Of a stretch of 64,000 bases of DNA, positions 18,498 to 30,300 are shown piece by piece. The position numbers and the translations under genes were made by a program. A model generated the notes under the pieces. That model had not been told where the DNA came from and made no database searches. It saw only the letters and a list, made by a program, of their open reading frames with translations. The stretch's first letter is position 1. Each line of letters opens with the position of its first letter. The stretch comes from an uncultured Methanosarcinales archaeon (GTDB lineage: Archaea; Nanobdellota; Nanobdellia; Woesearchaeales; CAYMBN01), in assembly GCA_964388715.1 (NCBI GenBank), contig CAYMBN010000002.1, forward strand, positions 80,704-144,703, in the 5' to 3' direction.

Positions 18498-19399
18498 TTG
18501 ATCACCTCAATTGGTAATGTTGGGTCTGCAAGTAAAGTGAAGTGATCTTTTATGTAACCAACATCTTTCATTTTTACAAATAATTCTCCTAGACTGCTAC
18601 TTTCAGCTATTTTTCTATTAAGTTCTACTGCATAATCATAATTATAACTCATGCCAACTGTTCCAAAATATCCTAATCCAGAATCTCTTAGATAGTTGAC
18701 TCCTGGTGCTTTTGAACTAAGTTGCCAGAAATTATTAATTTCCTGTGGTATTAATGAAACTTTTTTAGGAAGTTCATCATAGAAAATTGATCTTGCTACT
18801 GTTGCTGATACATCACTTGATGTTAAACCATATATTCTGCCAACATTAAGTTGTTTACCTTCTTCATATTGTCCATATAATAATTCAAATGATGTTCTTA
18901 TTTCTGGTAATGTTTCATTACTTTCCTTAATTTCTTGTTCAACTGTTTTATTTGTGATGTTTTTTGCTTCAATATCAAATTGAATGTCTTCTTCTGCTTC
19001 TGTTACATCTACTGTTGTTTCTACAACTGTTTGACTTTCTGGATCATATATTTTAATTTCTTGCTTTTTTTCTAATATTGGTACGATTATAGTAAACCTT
19101 GTTTTATTTAATTGTATTCTTATACCACTAATCTTTCCATCATCGTCACTTCTGTCAGAGAAAATTGTTAATGGGATCTCAAATTTTGATGAAAAGTTTT
19201 GTGCTTGTCCTTCTGCAAGGTAACTATAAGATTCTGAAGATAATAATACATCAGAAGGAATATAACCTTCAATAATTGTTTCTTTAAGAACTTCTACAAC
19301 ACCATCTTTGTATTCTAGCTCAATTAGAGCTACTTTTTCAGCTAGTGCTATGTTTATTGTAAGCAGTACGATTAATGTTAATATTATTTTTTTCTTCAT
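18494..19399 (-). CDS. Secreted protein carrying a remnant C-terminal part of a peptidase C25 (gingipain)-like domain
   Basis: Signal peptide; VGRIYGLTSSDVS..VARSIFYD, GLGYFGTVG, SLGELF and FTLLADPTL motifs. No His-Gly/Cys catalytic segment. Confidence 0.55.
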   Translation of the reverse strand: MKKKIILTLIVLLTINIALAEKVALIELEYKDGVVEVLKETIIEGYIPSDVLLSSESYSYLAEGQAQNFSSKFEIPLTIFSDRSDDDGKISGIRIQLNKTRFTIIVPILEKKQEIKIYDPESQTVVETTVDVTEAEEDIQFDIEAKNITNKTVEQEIKESNETLPEIRTSFELLYGQYEEGKQLNVGRIYGLTSSDVSATVARSIFYDELPKKVSLIPQEINNFWQLSSKAPGVNYLRDSGLGYFGTVGMSYNYDYAVELNRKIAESSSLGELFVKMKDVGYIKDHFTLLADPTLPIEVIK

Positions 19400-19400
19400 T

Positions 19401-20486
19401 TTATTTGAATTTACCTAATTTTTGTTCAATAATTTTTTTGTTCCAAGAGCCAAAGTCAAAAACTTCTAACTCTTTCATAAGTGATGTTTCAGTTGGTCTA
19501 TTATATTGTTGATAAGTACATCCTGGTAAACATTCTAATCCTTGTTCTTGTGCCCAAGTAGGACAACTAGCAACATCACAATTAGGATACTTGTTAACAT
19601 TAAATTTAATTTCTCTTTCATATAAATATTCATCAGCTAGTCCTCCTATTGCATGACCTAGTTCGTGCATTAAGACAGAATCTTTGTCAGCAGTGTTTAT
19701 ATGTACAATGTTTGAGATAGCTGTTGATCTTAATGGGTTTGTTAATTCTTGCATTCTATTTCTTTTAACAAGAACAACAATAAAATCATTTGGACATTGA
19801 GCTGCTTCTTTTTTTACTTTAAATTGTTCGCATAAAATATAATCATCAAATGTGCATCCCATGTCAGGGAATTTATCAATTCTATGGAAATTAACTTTAT
19901 CTTTGTTTGATTTGAATGGTTCAATTTCAAAGAATATATCATTTACAAAATGGTTAACATCTTTGATAAAATCACTTAATTTTTTAAATTCTTGACCTAC
20001 AAATACAATGTCTAGTTTCTGATTTTCATCTCCATTGTATAATACTTGACTACATTCACCTTTTTTACTTGCATCACCTATTTCTGTTATTTGTGTTTTA
20101 CCTTTTTTGCTTATTAATCTTAAATCAAGTTTTCCTTGAGGAGTGCTTAAGCATAATGGGTTTTTTTCTTTTTCTACAATAAACTCTGAGACTTTAAATG
20201 ATTGTTTTGCAGGGCTAAGGAAAATATTGTTTTCTTGATCTGGAGTGATTTTTCCTTGTATTGTTACTGGTTGGTTTTTGTCAAAGAAACATACTTCTTT
20301 TAAATTTTCTGGTAAAGTAAAGGATAATTTTTTAACACTATCATAATCTTTTGTTGCAACTGTTTGTATGACATTACTTAGGCTACTAACAAATTTATCA
20401 AGTGACATTGTTACTTCAGAAACTTCTTTAGCGCAGCCACTAATTAGAATTAATACAATAATCAATATCACCATTTTTTTATTCAA
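19401..20486 (-). CDS. Lipoprotein with peptidase M64 (IgA peptidase-like) zinc metalloprotease domain
   Basis: Lipobox LISGC; KLDIVFVG...EPFK..KDKVNF; HELGHAIGGLADEY; Cys-rich segment and RPTETSLM. Confidence 0.85.
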   Translation of the reverse strand: MNKKMVILIIVLILISGCAKEVSEVTMSLDKFVSSLSNVIQTVATKDYDSVKKLSFTLPENLKEVCFFDKNQPVTIQGKITPDQENNIFLSPAKQSFKVSEFIVEKEKNPLCLSTPQGKLDLRLISKKGKTQITEIGDASKKGECSQVLYNGDENQKLDIVFVGQEFKKLSDFIKDVNHFVNDIFFEIEPFKSNKDKVNFHRIDKFPDMGCTFDDYILCEQFKVKKEAAQCPNDFIVVLVKRNRMQELTNPLRSTAISNIVHINTADKDSVLMHELGHAIGGLADEYLYEREIKFNVNKYPNCDVASCPTWAQEQGLECLPGCTYQQYNRPTETSLMKELEVFDFGSWNKKIIEQKLGKFK

Positions 20487-23400
20487 GTTGTTTCACCTAC
20501 ACACATTTCAAAGTCTGAGTCAGGGATTGCAATTGGAGATCCCAATATTGTTAGGTATTTTGGATTTGTGTTGAATAGTGTGTTTATGTTATTTTCAATA
20601 TCTTGTATAACTAATTCAAAATGTTCCCTTGTTTTTAAATTTTTCTCACATATCTTTGTTTGTTGTGTTTGGTCAACATTTGTGAATATTATTATTTCAT
20701 GTTTAGCAGCAGCAAGTATTGGTGCTGATAATGATGTTGATGAATATAGATTCTTAATTGTGCTTGATGTTTTTAATGGAAGGTAATCTTCTTGTATTGT
20801 AAAGCCTATATCTTTTTGGTTGATGAGGATAACTTTATCTGTTCCAGTGATTTCAATTATTTCTTGTTGTAATTGTGTTAAAGAGCTTATGTCTTGACAT
20901 GATGTTGAGGTTTGTGGACATTGTGTGTTTATTGTGATTACATTTTTTTGTGTAAAAATGTTTTCATTGTCTGTGATACTATCTTTGATTACTAATGGTA
21001 TGTTTTTTAATGAAGCATATACAGAAGCTGTCATTGCTAATTCATAGTCAGAGTTAACATAAACAATATCACCAAATGATTCCCAGTAGGTAAAGTAATT
21101 GTTTAGACTTATTTTTTGGATTTTGTCTGTGCTTATTGATGTAGCGCTTGCTAGTAATGTGTCAAAATCTTCAGAACTGTCTTCTATTAATGTGATTCTA
21201 GTAGGATTATAATCATTGATAAAGCTGATAGTGGAATCAAGGTCAATTATGTTTCCATTTTTATGGTAAATTAGGAAAGGATATTTGTTAATTTGATTAT
21301 TTTGTGTCCATATTGTTGCTGATATGAATGTAAATATCTTTTGCCAATTATCATCTGATATTAAAAATAATTCTTTTTCAGTATAAGCTTCTATATTTTT
21401 CATGTTTTCACTAACATTTCCAATAACTTCAATTTCTATTTCTTCTGTTATAACTTCAATGTCTGTGCTGCTTGTATTAGAAAATTGAATATCATCAAAA
21501 TTAAGGAGCATTGTGCCTGGATTGATTGGTTTAAATTTGATTGTTGCTAAGTAACCTGAACCACTAATTATTTCTTCTGTTTGTTGGTCAGCAGTAATTG
21601 AGACTTCTGAGTTTGTTTTTGTTAAAATACTTTTTAATGAACTAATTAAATCTTGTGTTTCAGCTTCATTGATTGTATAATCAAAGTTAAAGTCTTGTAA
21701 GAATCCTGATTTTTCAACTTCTGTTAGGGTTAAGTAATTGGAATCATAATTTATACTAAATTCTAAGTCTGTTAGACTTTTTGCATTTCCAATAAATACT
21801 TTTGCTTCAAATTCTTGGTATAATTCAATATCATCTGGTACTGAAAAGATTAAAGTAGGTCTTTCTTCATCAGGGGCAAATAGGATTGTTTCATTTTCTT
21901 CTGGTTCTTCCTCTTCAACAGGCTCTTCTTCCTCTTCGATTGGTTCTTCCTCTTCTTCCTCTTCTTGAATTTCTGATTCTTGATCTTCTGATACTTCTTG
22001 TGTATTAACAACATGTCCTGCAATACTACTTCCTCCTCCACCGCCTCCGCCACTACTAGTGGTTGTTGGAGTTTCTTCTGTTGGGCATGCTCCACAATCT
22101 GCTTGACATGATGTACATGTTTCAGCGCCATTACAAGTTGAGTCACCACAGTAAGGGACACTTGGTCCACTTGTTGATGCTGATGAAGATGTATCTGTTC
22201 CATCTGAGGCAGTGAATGAATATGTGTGTGCAGCTGCTGTTAGTGTTTGATTATAATAATATCCTTTACCATTTGAGTAAGTTGTGTCAGTTGCATCTAT
22301 TTCAGCCATTGGGTACATTGTACCATCAATTGTAACATTGATTGTGTCAGGAGCTTCATTGTTTGCATCAGTATAAGTAACAGTGTAATTGAAATTTGTA
22401 CTTGTTGTGCCTGAGGTTGGTGAAACACCTGCAGAACTATAGGTAGGAGCACTGTTGACTATTATTGGTAGGTTTGTTGTTGAAGTTGTGGTGATATTAG
22501 TACCATCACTTGCATTAAAATAATAACTGTGTGACCCTACTGTTGATAAGGTTGTGGAATTTGTGGTATAATAATAATTTTTACCATCATTAAACATTGC
22601 ATCACCTGGATCACATTCTGTCATGCTATAGGGATTATCATCAATAACTACTTGGATAGAACCATTGGGACCAATATTATTTGCATCAGTGTATGTTACT
22701 GTGTAATTGAATACAGTATTAATTGGACCTGAAGTTGGTGAGACAGAACCACTTGCTAAGGTTGGTTCAACTTGTCCTACTACTTCTATTCCTACTGCGT
22801 TATCACCCATTGCGACAACACTGTATGTTCCATCAGAAGTACTGAAATTATAACTATGATTACCAATTGCTAATGTTGTATTGTAAAGATAATCTTTACC
22901 ATCAGTATAAGTAGTATCAGTTGGATCTCTTTGAACCATTGCAACTGTGCCTGTTGTATTTATTATAACATTCATAGATGTTGGAGCGTCATCGTCATCA
23001 TCAGTATATGTTGCAGTAAAAACATATGATGTGAATTGATTTCCACTAGTTGGTTGGACATTACCAGTATTTACATTAGGACTACCTACATTATCTGTTA
23101 CTTCTGGTTGCGAACCACATGATGCTGGTGGAGCTGGCCATGATCCAGATGCATAAGGTTGGTCATAAGGAAATGAATCAATTGCAACCCATGTGTCACT
23201 ATCTTGAGCACCTCCTCCTGTAAAATAAGGACAAGCTGCATGTCCCCAGTAATTACCTTGACTTCCATTTGAAATGTTTACTCCCCTAACATTTCCTCCT
23301 GCTTGTTCTGTACGTATTTGGAGAGTATTTCCATAGATGTTGTTATGGTAAATTTGTATATCTCTAATAGATTGTCCTATACCCATACCATATGTACAAC

Positions 23401-24310
23401 TGGTTATATTATTGTAATAAATATTACCACTATGGGAATCATATTCATTAAAAACTATACCTGAACCGTCCCAGCTAAATGTTGCTTCGCCGTCTGGGTC
23501 AGGTGCGCAATTAAATATTGTATTATCTTTTACAGTAATATTTATTACTTCTTGTAGTTCTATTCCTCTTATAGAATTCCATATTACATTATTTGAGATT
23601 ATAGAATCATTTATTTCATAAATTTCAATTGCAGAGTCTGTTGTACTATCTGAAAGAGTGTTATTTTCTATATGTACACTATCTAAAGGACCATCAAGAT
23701 CTATAAGAGGATTACCTGGACCTGTAAATGTGTTATTTCTTATAACTATATCCTTATTATCTAAACCATAACCTGCTTCAGTAATCATAAGACCATTGCT
23801 ACAGTTAACAAATGAATTATTTTGGATTAATAAATTTGTTATTCCAGTTGCATAAACTGATCTAAAACCAGCAGCATTACCACCATTAACATTACAACCC
23901 TGAATAGTTATGTTTGTTAATAATTGAGTAAATGAATTTTCATAGATTCGTATTACGTCTCCACCAGAAGGACCAGCATTACTTATTGTATTTCCTTTAC
24001 AATCTAGTGTAACATCACTGGAATTAATAAAAATACAATAGGCAGAATTCATAGTTATTCCAGTACTTAAATTATAAATTCCTGGTGTAGTGATTTCAGT
24101 ATCACATGCAGTTATCTCTGTTTCAGCTATGCCAACAGCCATTCCTGTTATTTTTGGTGTTGTAGTTATTGCAGTATAAAACATAGTAGATAATAAGAGG
24201 ACTGCGATAGTTGCAATTATGTTATGTTCTAATTTAATGATATGTGCTCTATCTAAATGATGTTTTCTTTTTCTCATTCCCTTTTTTGATTTAATGCTTT
24301 TTCTTTGCAT
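20483..24310 (-). CDS. 1275-aa surface protein: N-terminal TM, NosD beta-helix, 3 Ig-like repeats, Cys-rich motif, cohesin, C25-like N-terminal half
   Basis: Parallel beta-helix repeats; (YTVTYTD.NN..P...GK.YYY...HSY.F.ASDG) x3; CGDSTCNGAETCTSCQADCGAC; cohesin-like FSINYDSNYL...GSGYLATIKFK; ends YLTILGSPIAIPDS. Confidence 0.8.
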   Translation of the reverse strand: MQRKSIKSKKGMRKRKHHLDRAHIIKLEHNIIATIAVLLLSTMFYTAITTTPKITGMAVGIAETEITACDTEITTPGIYNLSTGITMNSAYCIFINSSDVTLDCKGNTISNAGPSGGDVIRIYENSFTQLLTNITIQGCNVNGGNAAGFRSVYATGITNLLIQNNSFVNCSNGLMITEAGYGLDNKDIVIRNNTFTGPGNPLIDLDGPLDSVHIENNTLSDSTTDSAIEIYEINDSIISNNVIWNSIRGIELQEVINITVKDNTIFNCAPDPDGEATFSWDGSGIVFNEYDSHSGNIYYNNITSCTYGMGIGQSIRDIQIYHNNIYGNTLQIRTEQAGGNVRGVNISNGSQGNYWGHAACPYFTGGGAQDSDTWVAIDSFPYDQPYASGSWPAPPASCGSQPEVTDNVGSPNVNTGNVQPTSGNQFTSYVFTATYTDDDDDAPTSMNVIINTTGTVAMVQRDPTDTTYTDGKDYLYNTTLAIGNHSYNFSTSDGTYSVVAMGDNAVGIEVVGQVEPTLASGSVSPTSGPINTVFNYTVTYTDANNIGPNGSIQVVIDDNPYSMTECDPGDAMFNDGKNYYYTTNSTTLSTVGSHSYYFNASDGTNITTTSTTNLPIIVNSAPTYSSAGVSPTSGTTSTNFNYTVTYTDANNEAPDTINVTIDGTMYPMAEIDATDTTYSNGKGYYYNQTLTAAAHTYSFTASDGTDTSSSASTSGPSVPYCGDSTCNGAETCTSCQADCGACPTEETPTTTSSGGGGGGGSSIAGHVVNTQEVSEDQESEIQEEEEEEEPIEEEEEPVEEEEPEENETILFAPDEERPTLIFSVPDDIELYQEFEAKVFIGNAKSLTDLEFSINYDSNYLTLTEVEKSGFLQDFNFDYTINEAETQDLISSLKSILTKTNSEVSITADQQTEEIISGSGYLATIKFKPINPGTMLLNFDDIQFSNTSSTDIEVITEEIEIEVIGNVSENMKNIEAYTEKELFLISDDNWQKIFTFISATIWTQNNQINKYPFLIYHKNGNIIDLDSTISFINDYNPTRITLIEDSSEDFDTLLASATSISTDKIQKISLNNYFTYWESFGDIVYVNSDYELAMTASVYASLKNIPLVIKDSITDNENIFTQKNVITINTQCPQTSTSCQDISSLTQLQQEIIEITGTDKVILINQKDIGFTIQEDYLPLKTSSTIKNLYSSTSLSAPILAAAKHEIIIFTNVDQTQQTKICEKNLKTREHFELVIQDIENNINTLFNTNPKYLTILGSPIAIPDSDFEMCVGETT

Positions 24311-27300
24311 TTTTTCTTATTTTTTTATTGTGTTTTTTATGTTTCCTTTTCTTGTTTCTTTTTTTTGGTTTTTTTTGAAAAGTTTTTAACTTTTCTAAAC
24401 CTTTCTTTGAAAGTTTCTTTTTTGTTTTGTGTTTATGTTTCTTTTTTTTGGAAACTTTGGTTTTTTGAGAATGTTTTTTGTGTTTGTTTTTCTTCTGTTT
24501 TTTTGATTTCTTCTTCTTCTTTTTCTTGGTTGTTTTTCCTTTGGATAATTCTATTGTTAGGTAAGTTAAAACTATGATTGATGTGATAATTAAAGTCCAG
24601 ATAGAAGGTTTTTCAGGTGAAGTAAAAACACTTAGTAACATTGCTTCTAGATCAAGTTTTTCAAATTCTTCTTCCTCTTCTTCTAGAGTTTCTTCTTCTA
24701 TTTCTTCTTCAGGAAGAGCTGTTTGATTTTCTTCAGCTTCTTTTTCAATAATTTTTGTTGTGGCAATTGCAAAATAACTGAATCCAGGAGTTGTTGCTTT
24801 GTATATGGTATAATTATTGTTTTCAGAAATTATTTTTGTAGGAAGATTATTCCATTTACTGTTTTTGTATCTTTTTAATACAATGTCTGTTTTATTTACT
24901 TTATTTTTTTCTAGCCATTCTTTTGAAACTTTGAATTGAATTTCTGCATTTTCTATTACACCATCTACTAAATTTTTGGTTCTACTTACTTGGGCATATT
25001 TGTAAACAAGAGTTTTTATTTTTCTACGTGTTTCAGGTGCTTGTGTTAACTCTATAACACTGATTTGTACATTTTTTAATTTATTCTTGGTTGTAGCTTC
25101 TAATTTTGTGATTGGAATTTCTTCTTTGTCAGGGGACATTTCTAATGTGTCACTAGCTTTGATTGACGTCCAAAGTTGAGTTGACTTTTCTCCTTTAATT
25201 GTTGGTTCTTCTATGACAAAACCATCTCCGCTGCTTGATGAACTTGATGATGATGTTGATGTTGAAGTTGATGTACTTCCTGCAACATCTGTTGTGTAAT
25301 TTGTTGAGTTTGAGTATGTCATTACGTTACTATTTTTATCAGAACATCTTACAAATAAGGTTCCTGTGTTGTCTGTTGTGAAGCTGAAATTAGTAGTATG
25401 GCTAAGGGTTCCTGTTGTTGAAAATGCTGTCATATTACCATAATATAGGTTTGAAGTGTTATAAGCGCAATTTGCATGTTCATTTGTTGTTACATTTAAT
25501 ATTAATATGACTGTTGATGTGCCTGTTCCTGATGCTGTGTAATTTAGATCTGTTATTATTGGGATTGTTCCATCTTTGATTGAAAAGTTTCTTGGAGAAC
25601 TAATAGAGCTTCTTTGGTTTTGATCAGTACAATTTAATGTGTAGTTATAAGTTCCGTTGAGGAGATCACTGTAGTTATGCATGTGTGTATAACGTACCCC
25701 TACATTAGTAAAGTTTGTTGTATTTATTGTTCCTGATTGAACATTGCCTGTTGCGTTTGTTATATTATATCTGCAGAAGGTTGTGTTTGGATTTGCTTCC
25801 CATACATCTGCAGAAACTTGAACGAAACTATCTGCTGATTGGTTTGTATTATTTGTTGGTCCTGTTATGTTTATTGTTGGTGCAACTGTATCATTTGCTA
25901 AGCCTGCTCCTGATAAATGCGGTACGTAAGTTGTTACATTTAATGAACCGTTTGTGTAACATGCTGCTGTTATATTGCCAACAGTGCTTGGAGCTGTGTT
26001 GCCTGTACATTGAGCTAACTTGTAAACATTGTGACCAAGGTCATCGTCTACATACATTACTTCAAAGTCTTTTAATGTTTCGTTAAATACAATTGTTGTT
26101 GTATTATAATAAGTATCATTTAGGAAACTGCTCATGTTTTGGAATAAAACTAATTTTGTGAAGTTTGTTCCTGATTTGTTTTTGCTTAAGTTTGCTGGTA
26201 GAGAATGTTTACTTACAACAATTGTAAAGTCTGTTCTGTTCCAGTTTGCTAACGATGAGTTGAAGCTTGGCATTGTTACAGAATAGTTGTCTGTTGTTGA
26301 TGCGTTAACTTCAAATTCCATACTTACTGAATTATTCATCCAAGCAACACCACTTAGTTCTGTACCTGATGAGTTTTTGATAGAAACGTTTACAACTCCT
26401 GTATTTCCTGTTTCAATTGAGTTAGCTCTTTCTGTTATGTTTTCTTGTCCTATTACTCTAAATGTTCTTGATACTTGGGTTGCTAAGTTACTTGCTTCAT
26501 CTTTTACATTAAATACTACTGTGTGTGTTCCTCCACTAATATTATAAATTGTAATGTTAGTTGCATTTGCTGTTGTGGTAAGTACCCATTGACCAGAGTC
26601 TACTGAGAAGTTTGATAAAGAAATGTTTGCTTCTGTTACACTATAATTAAATGTTACATTTCCATTTGCATTTGTTATTATTTGATTGTTTGTTGGAAGT
26701 GTTACATTAATTATTGGAGCATCATCATCTATTGTGAAAGTGATTCCTGGACTTGTTATTGATGTGGTATTAGTGTTGTTTGCAGTGTCAACAACTGTTA
26801 TATTAAGCACTTGATCTGAGCCTAGAGTAATTGTTCCATTCCAGGTAGAGTTAATAGATTTATTTAATGTTGTTCCTTCTACAACTACTGTGGTTATACT
26901 TGTTTTTAGGTCTGTTGCATTTACTGTTGCTATAACTGCAGTTGATGTTTGTACATAACGGTCTGAGATAGTAAAATTAAAGATTGGAGGAGTGTTTTCA
27001 ATTATAAATGTATAATTAGTACTATTGAATGCACTGTTTCCTGCATTATCATAAGCAAGACAGTTCCAGATAAAAGTACCATTTTTCAGTATGTCTAATG
27101 TTCGGTTTGTTGAGTTGCTTGTACCTGTTATGGTTGCAGTATAGTTTAGTGCCCATGATCCTGTTGAGTTTGTGTAAAAGCTTACATTAGTCAAGTTTTT
27201 ATTATCAGTGAGACTACAATTTAAGTTTACAGAATAATTTGAAGTATTATAATTGTTTACAGGGCTTGTTAGTCTTACTATTGGTGCTGTTTGATCTACG

Positions 27301-30300
27301 TCAACAGTAATGTTGTAAGTTGTACTTGCTCCTATGTTTCCTGCATTATCAGAACAGTTAACAGACCAGTTGTAATCTGCATTAGCTAATGATTGAATAA
27401 AGGTTAAATTAGCTATTGATTTATTAATGCTGCTGTTGGTTTGATTAACTGAATTATTAATTATTAAACTGCAATTGTCAATATTTAAACCATCTGTTAC
27501 ATTGTAGAAGAATTTTATGTTTCTGTTTGAAGTATTTTTGGTGTTGTTTGTAGGTCTTATTAAAGTAACTGTTGGTGCTGTGGTTTCAACAGTCAATGTG
27601 TAATTACTACTGCTCCAGTTTCCTTCACTATTTTGGTCATAAGCAAGACAACCCCATTTGTATGTGCCAACTGTTAGTGCACTTATTGTGATATTGGTTG
27701 AGTTACTGGTACCTGTTACATTTCCAGTGGCATTTAATAACCATGACCCTGTTGTGTTGGTGTAGAAACTTATGTTAGTTAAGTTAGTATTATCGGTTGA
27801 AGTACAGTTAAATGAAATAGATGTTTGAGATGTGTTGTAGTTGTTAACAGGACTTGTTAGATTTACTGTTGGTGGAGTGTTTGTTACATTAACAGTAAGA
27901 TTGTATATATCACTGTTATCTACATTACCAGCAAAGTCTGTACAATTGACAGACCAGTTATGTATTCCATTTGGAAGAGTTTGACTAAATGGAATACTAC
28001 TTACTGCTTTGTTGATTGTAGTATTAGTTACATTTATTGTTTTGTTTAAAATTAAAGTACAATTTTTTATACTTGATAATGCGTCTGTTACATTGAAATA
28101 AAAGTTAATGCTTTGACTAGTGGTATTAAGTGTATTGTTTGGAGGTGTTACTAGAGTTACTGTTGGGTTTGCTCTGTCAAATGTTATTGTTTTATTTGAA
28201 TTGTTCCATGCACTGTTTGAATTACTATCAACGCACAGAACATTCCAAATAAATCTTCCTTGTGGGAGGTTATTAAGTGTTATGTTTGTTAAAGCACTTT
28301 TTGTAGGGCTACTAACTGTTTTGTTTAGTTGCCAAGTACCTGTGAAATTAGTATATAAACTACAATTACTTACTGTTCCATCATCTGTTACAGTTAAATT
28401 AAATTCAAGAGAAGTTACTGTTGTGTTGAAATTATTTTCAGGATAGTTAAGTACTACAACTGGTGATGAAACAGGATATATTTGTTCTGTTGACCATGTA
28501 CTTGCTTTTAGGCTAGAGTCAATTGTTTGAACTGCCCAATAATATGTTTGGTTACTTATATTCAATAAAATGTTTGTGTTGTTTAGCATGTTACCAAACA
28601 TACCTTGTGGTGGGGAGTTGCTTGTGCCATATTCACCACTGACAATATTATTTGCACCTGAGGAATTTCCCACTCTTAGGTTATAATATAATGTTCCGCC
28701 TTGTGTATCAGAAGCGCCTGACCATGATAAGTTAAGTCCTGTGGTATGGTTGCTGCTAAATGTGATTGGTGCATTAGGAATATTATTGTCTGATGTTATT
28801 GGATTAATATAAATTGTTGAATTATCACGAACTTGGTCTCCAACTAAAATTAAATCAAGATTATTATCTCCATCTAGGTCTGTTAATAATCCTGATCCTT
28901 TTTGTACTGTACCACTTGAGCCTGAAGTTGGTAAAATTTTTCCTGATATATTATCTTGGATAAATCTTGAACCTGTGTTGTTGTAAAGAAGTACACTATC
29001 AGCAGTAGTGCCCCCTGGTACAAGTACTAAATCAACTTTACCATTATTATTATAATCTCCTGGATAGATTGCAAGTTCTCCAGTTGCTGTGAGGTCTGTT
29101 ATCCAACTAGAATTATAATAGAAACTTGTTTTGTTGTTAAAGTATATATCTAATCCATAACTTCCACTGAATTGTCCTGAAACAGCTAAGTCCATCCAAC
29201 CATCATTATTAAAATCAGCTACTGCTGAGAATGGGTGTGTGTTACCTGATTGGTATAATCTTAAACCAAATGAATAAGTTGTGTTAAGTTTGAATTCTGT
29301 TTTATTATTTGTATAAACTTGGGCTGTAGTAGTAGTTATTATAACTAGGTCAAGGTAGTCATCATTGTTAATATCAATCAAATGGGCTGTACCATCTGTG
29401 GTTCTTGTTAAATTATTTTGCCATGGAAGACTTTCACTAAAGGTTGTTCCATTGTTTGTGTAAACTTTTGATGAACTATTACTATTATTTTCTTGTCCTA
29501 TTATTACTAAGTCAATGTCACCATCAAGGTCAATGTCTCCTTGTACAATTGCTGCGTCTTTTACTTGTGTTATATTTTCTTGCCAAGTAAAGTTTTCTTT
29601 GAATGTTGTTCCATTGTTTATGTATATTTTTGTACTTGAACCTCTACCATCATCACCTGCAATAATTATATCTGTATCATTATCATTATCAAAATCTCCT
29701 AATGCAATAGAAGGTGTAGTAACATTGGTTATATTTTCGTTCCATGTTGTGTTTTTATTGAATGTATTACCATTACTTGCATATACATTAGCAAGTGGAG
29801 CAGTTCCATTGTCTCCTAGAATTATGAGGTCAAAGTTTCCATCTTTTAAAAAGTCTCCAACTGCAATTGCAGGTGTTTGTACACCAAGTAAGTTAGCATG
29901 CCATGATGCATTTGTTGAAAAAGCTTCTATGATGCTTGATGAAAGATTTAAGAAACTAATGTTGTTAGAACCATTACAAGTTACATTAATGCCAGCATAG
30001 AATGTACCTGTACTTGAATCGCTTACATTTAATTTGAATGTTGTTTTAGAGTAAGGACTAACACCTTGGATAGATGATACATTTGTTGTTAAATTATCTA
30101 AACTGTGATAATTAGTTAAAGTGATAGTCATATTGTCACTTGATGCTTGGCTGTTGATTATATCAATATAATAATTACCTGTTGTGTTAACTCCAACATA
30201 ACCATGGAAAGTAGAATCATTAAATCTTCCTGAGCCTCTTGAAGTGCTTAATGATAAACTTATCCCTGCTGTTATTGATGTTGATCTTATTGGTAAATAA

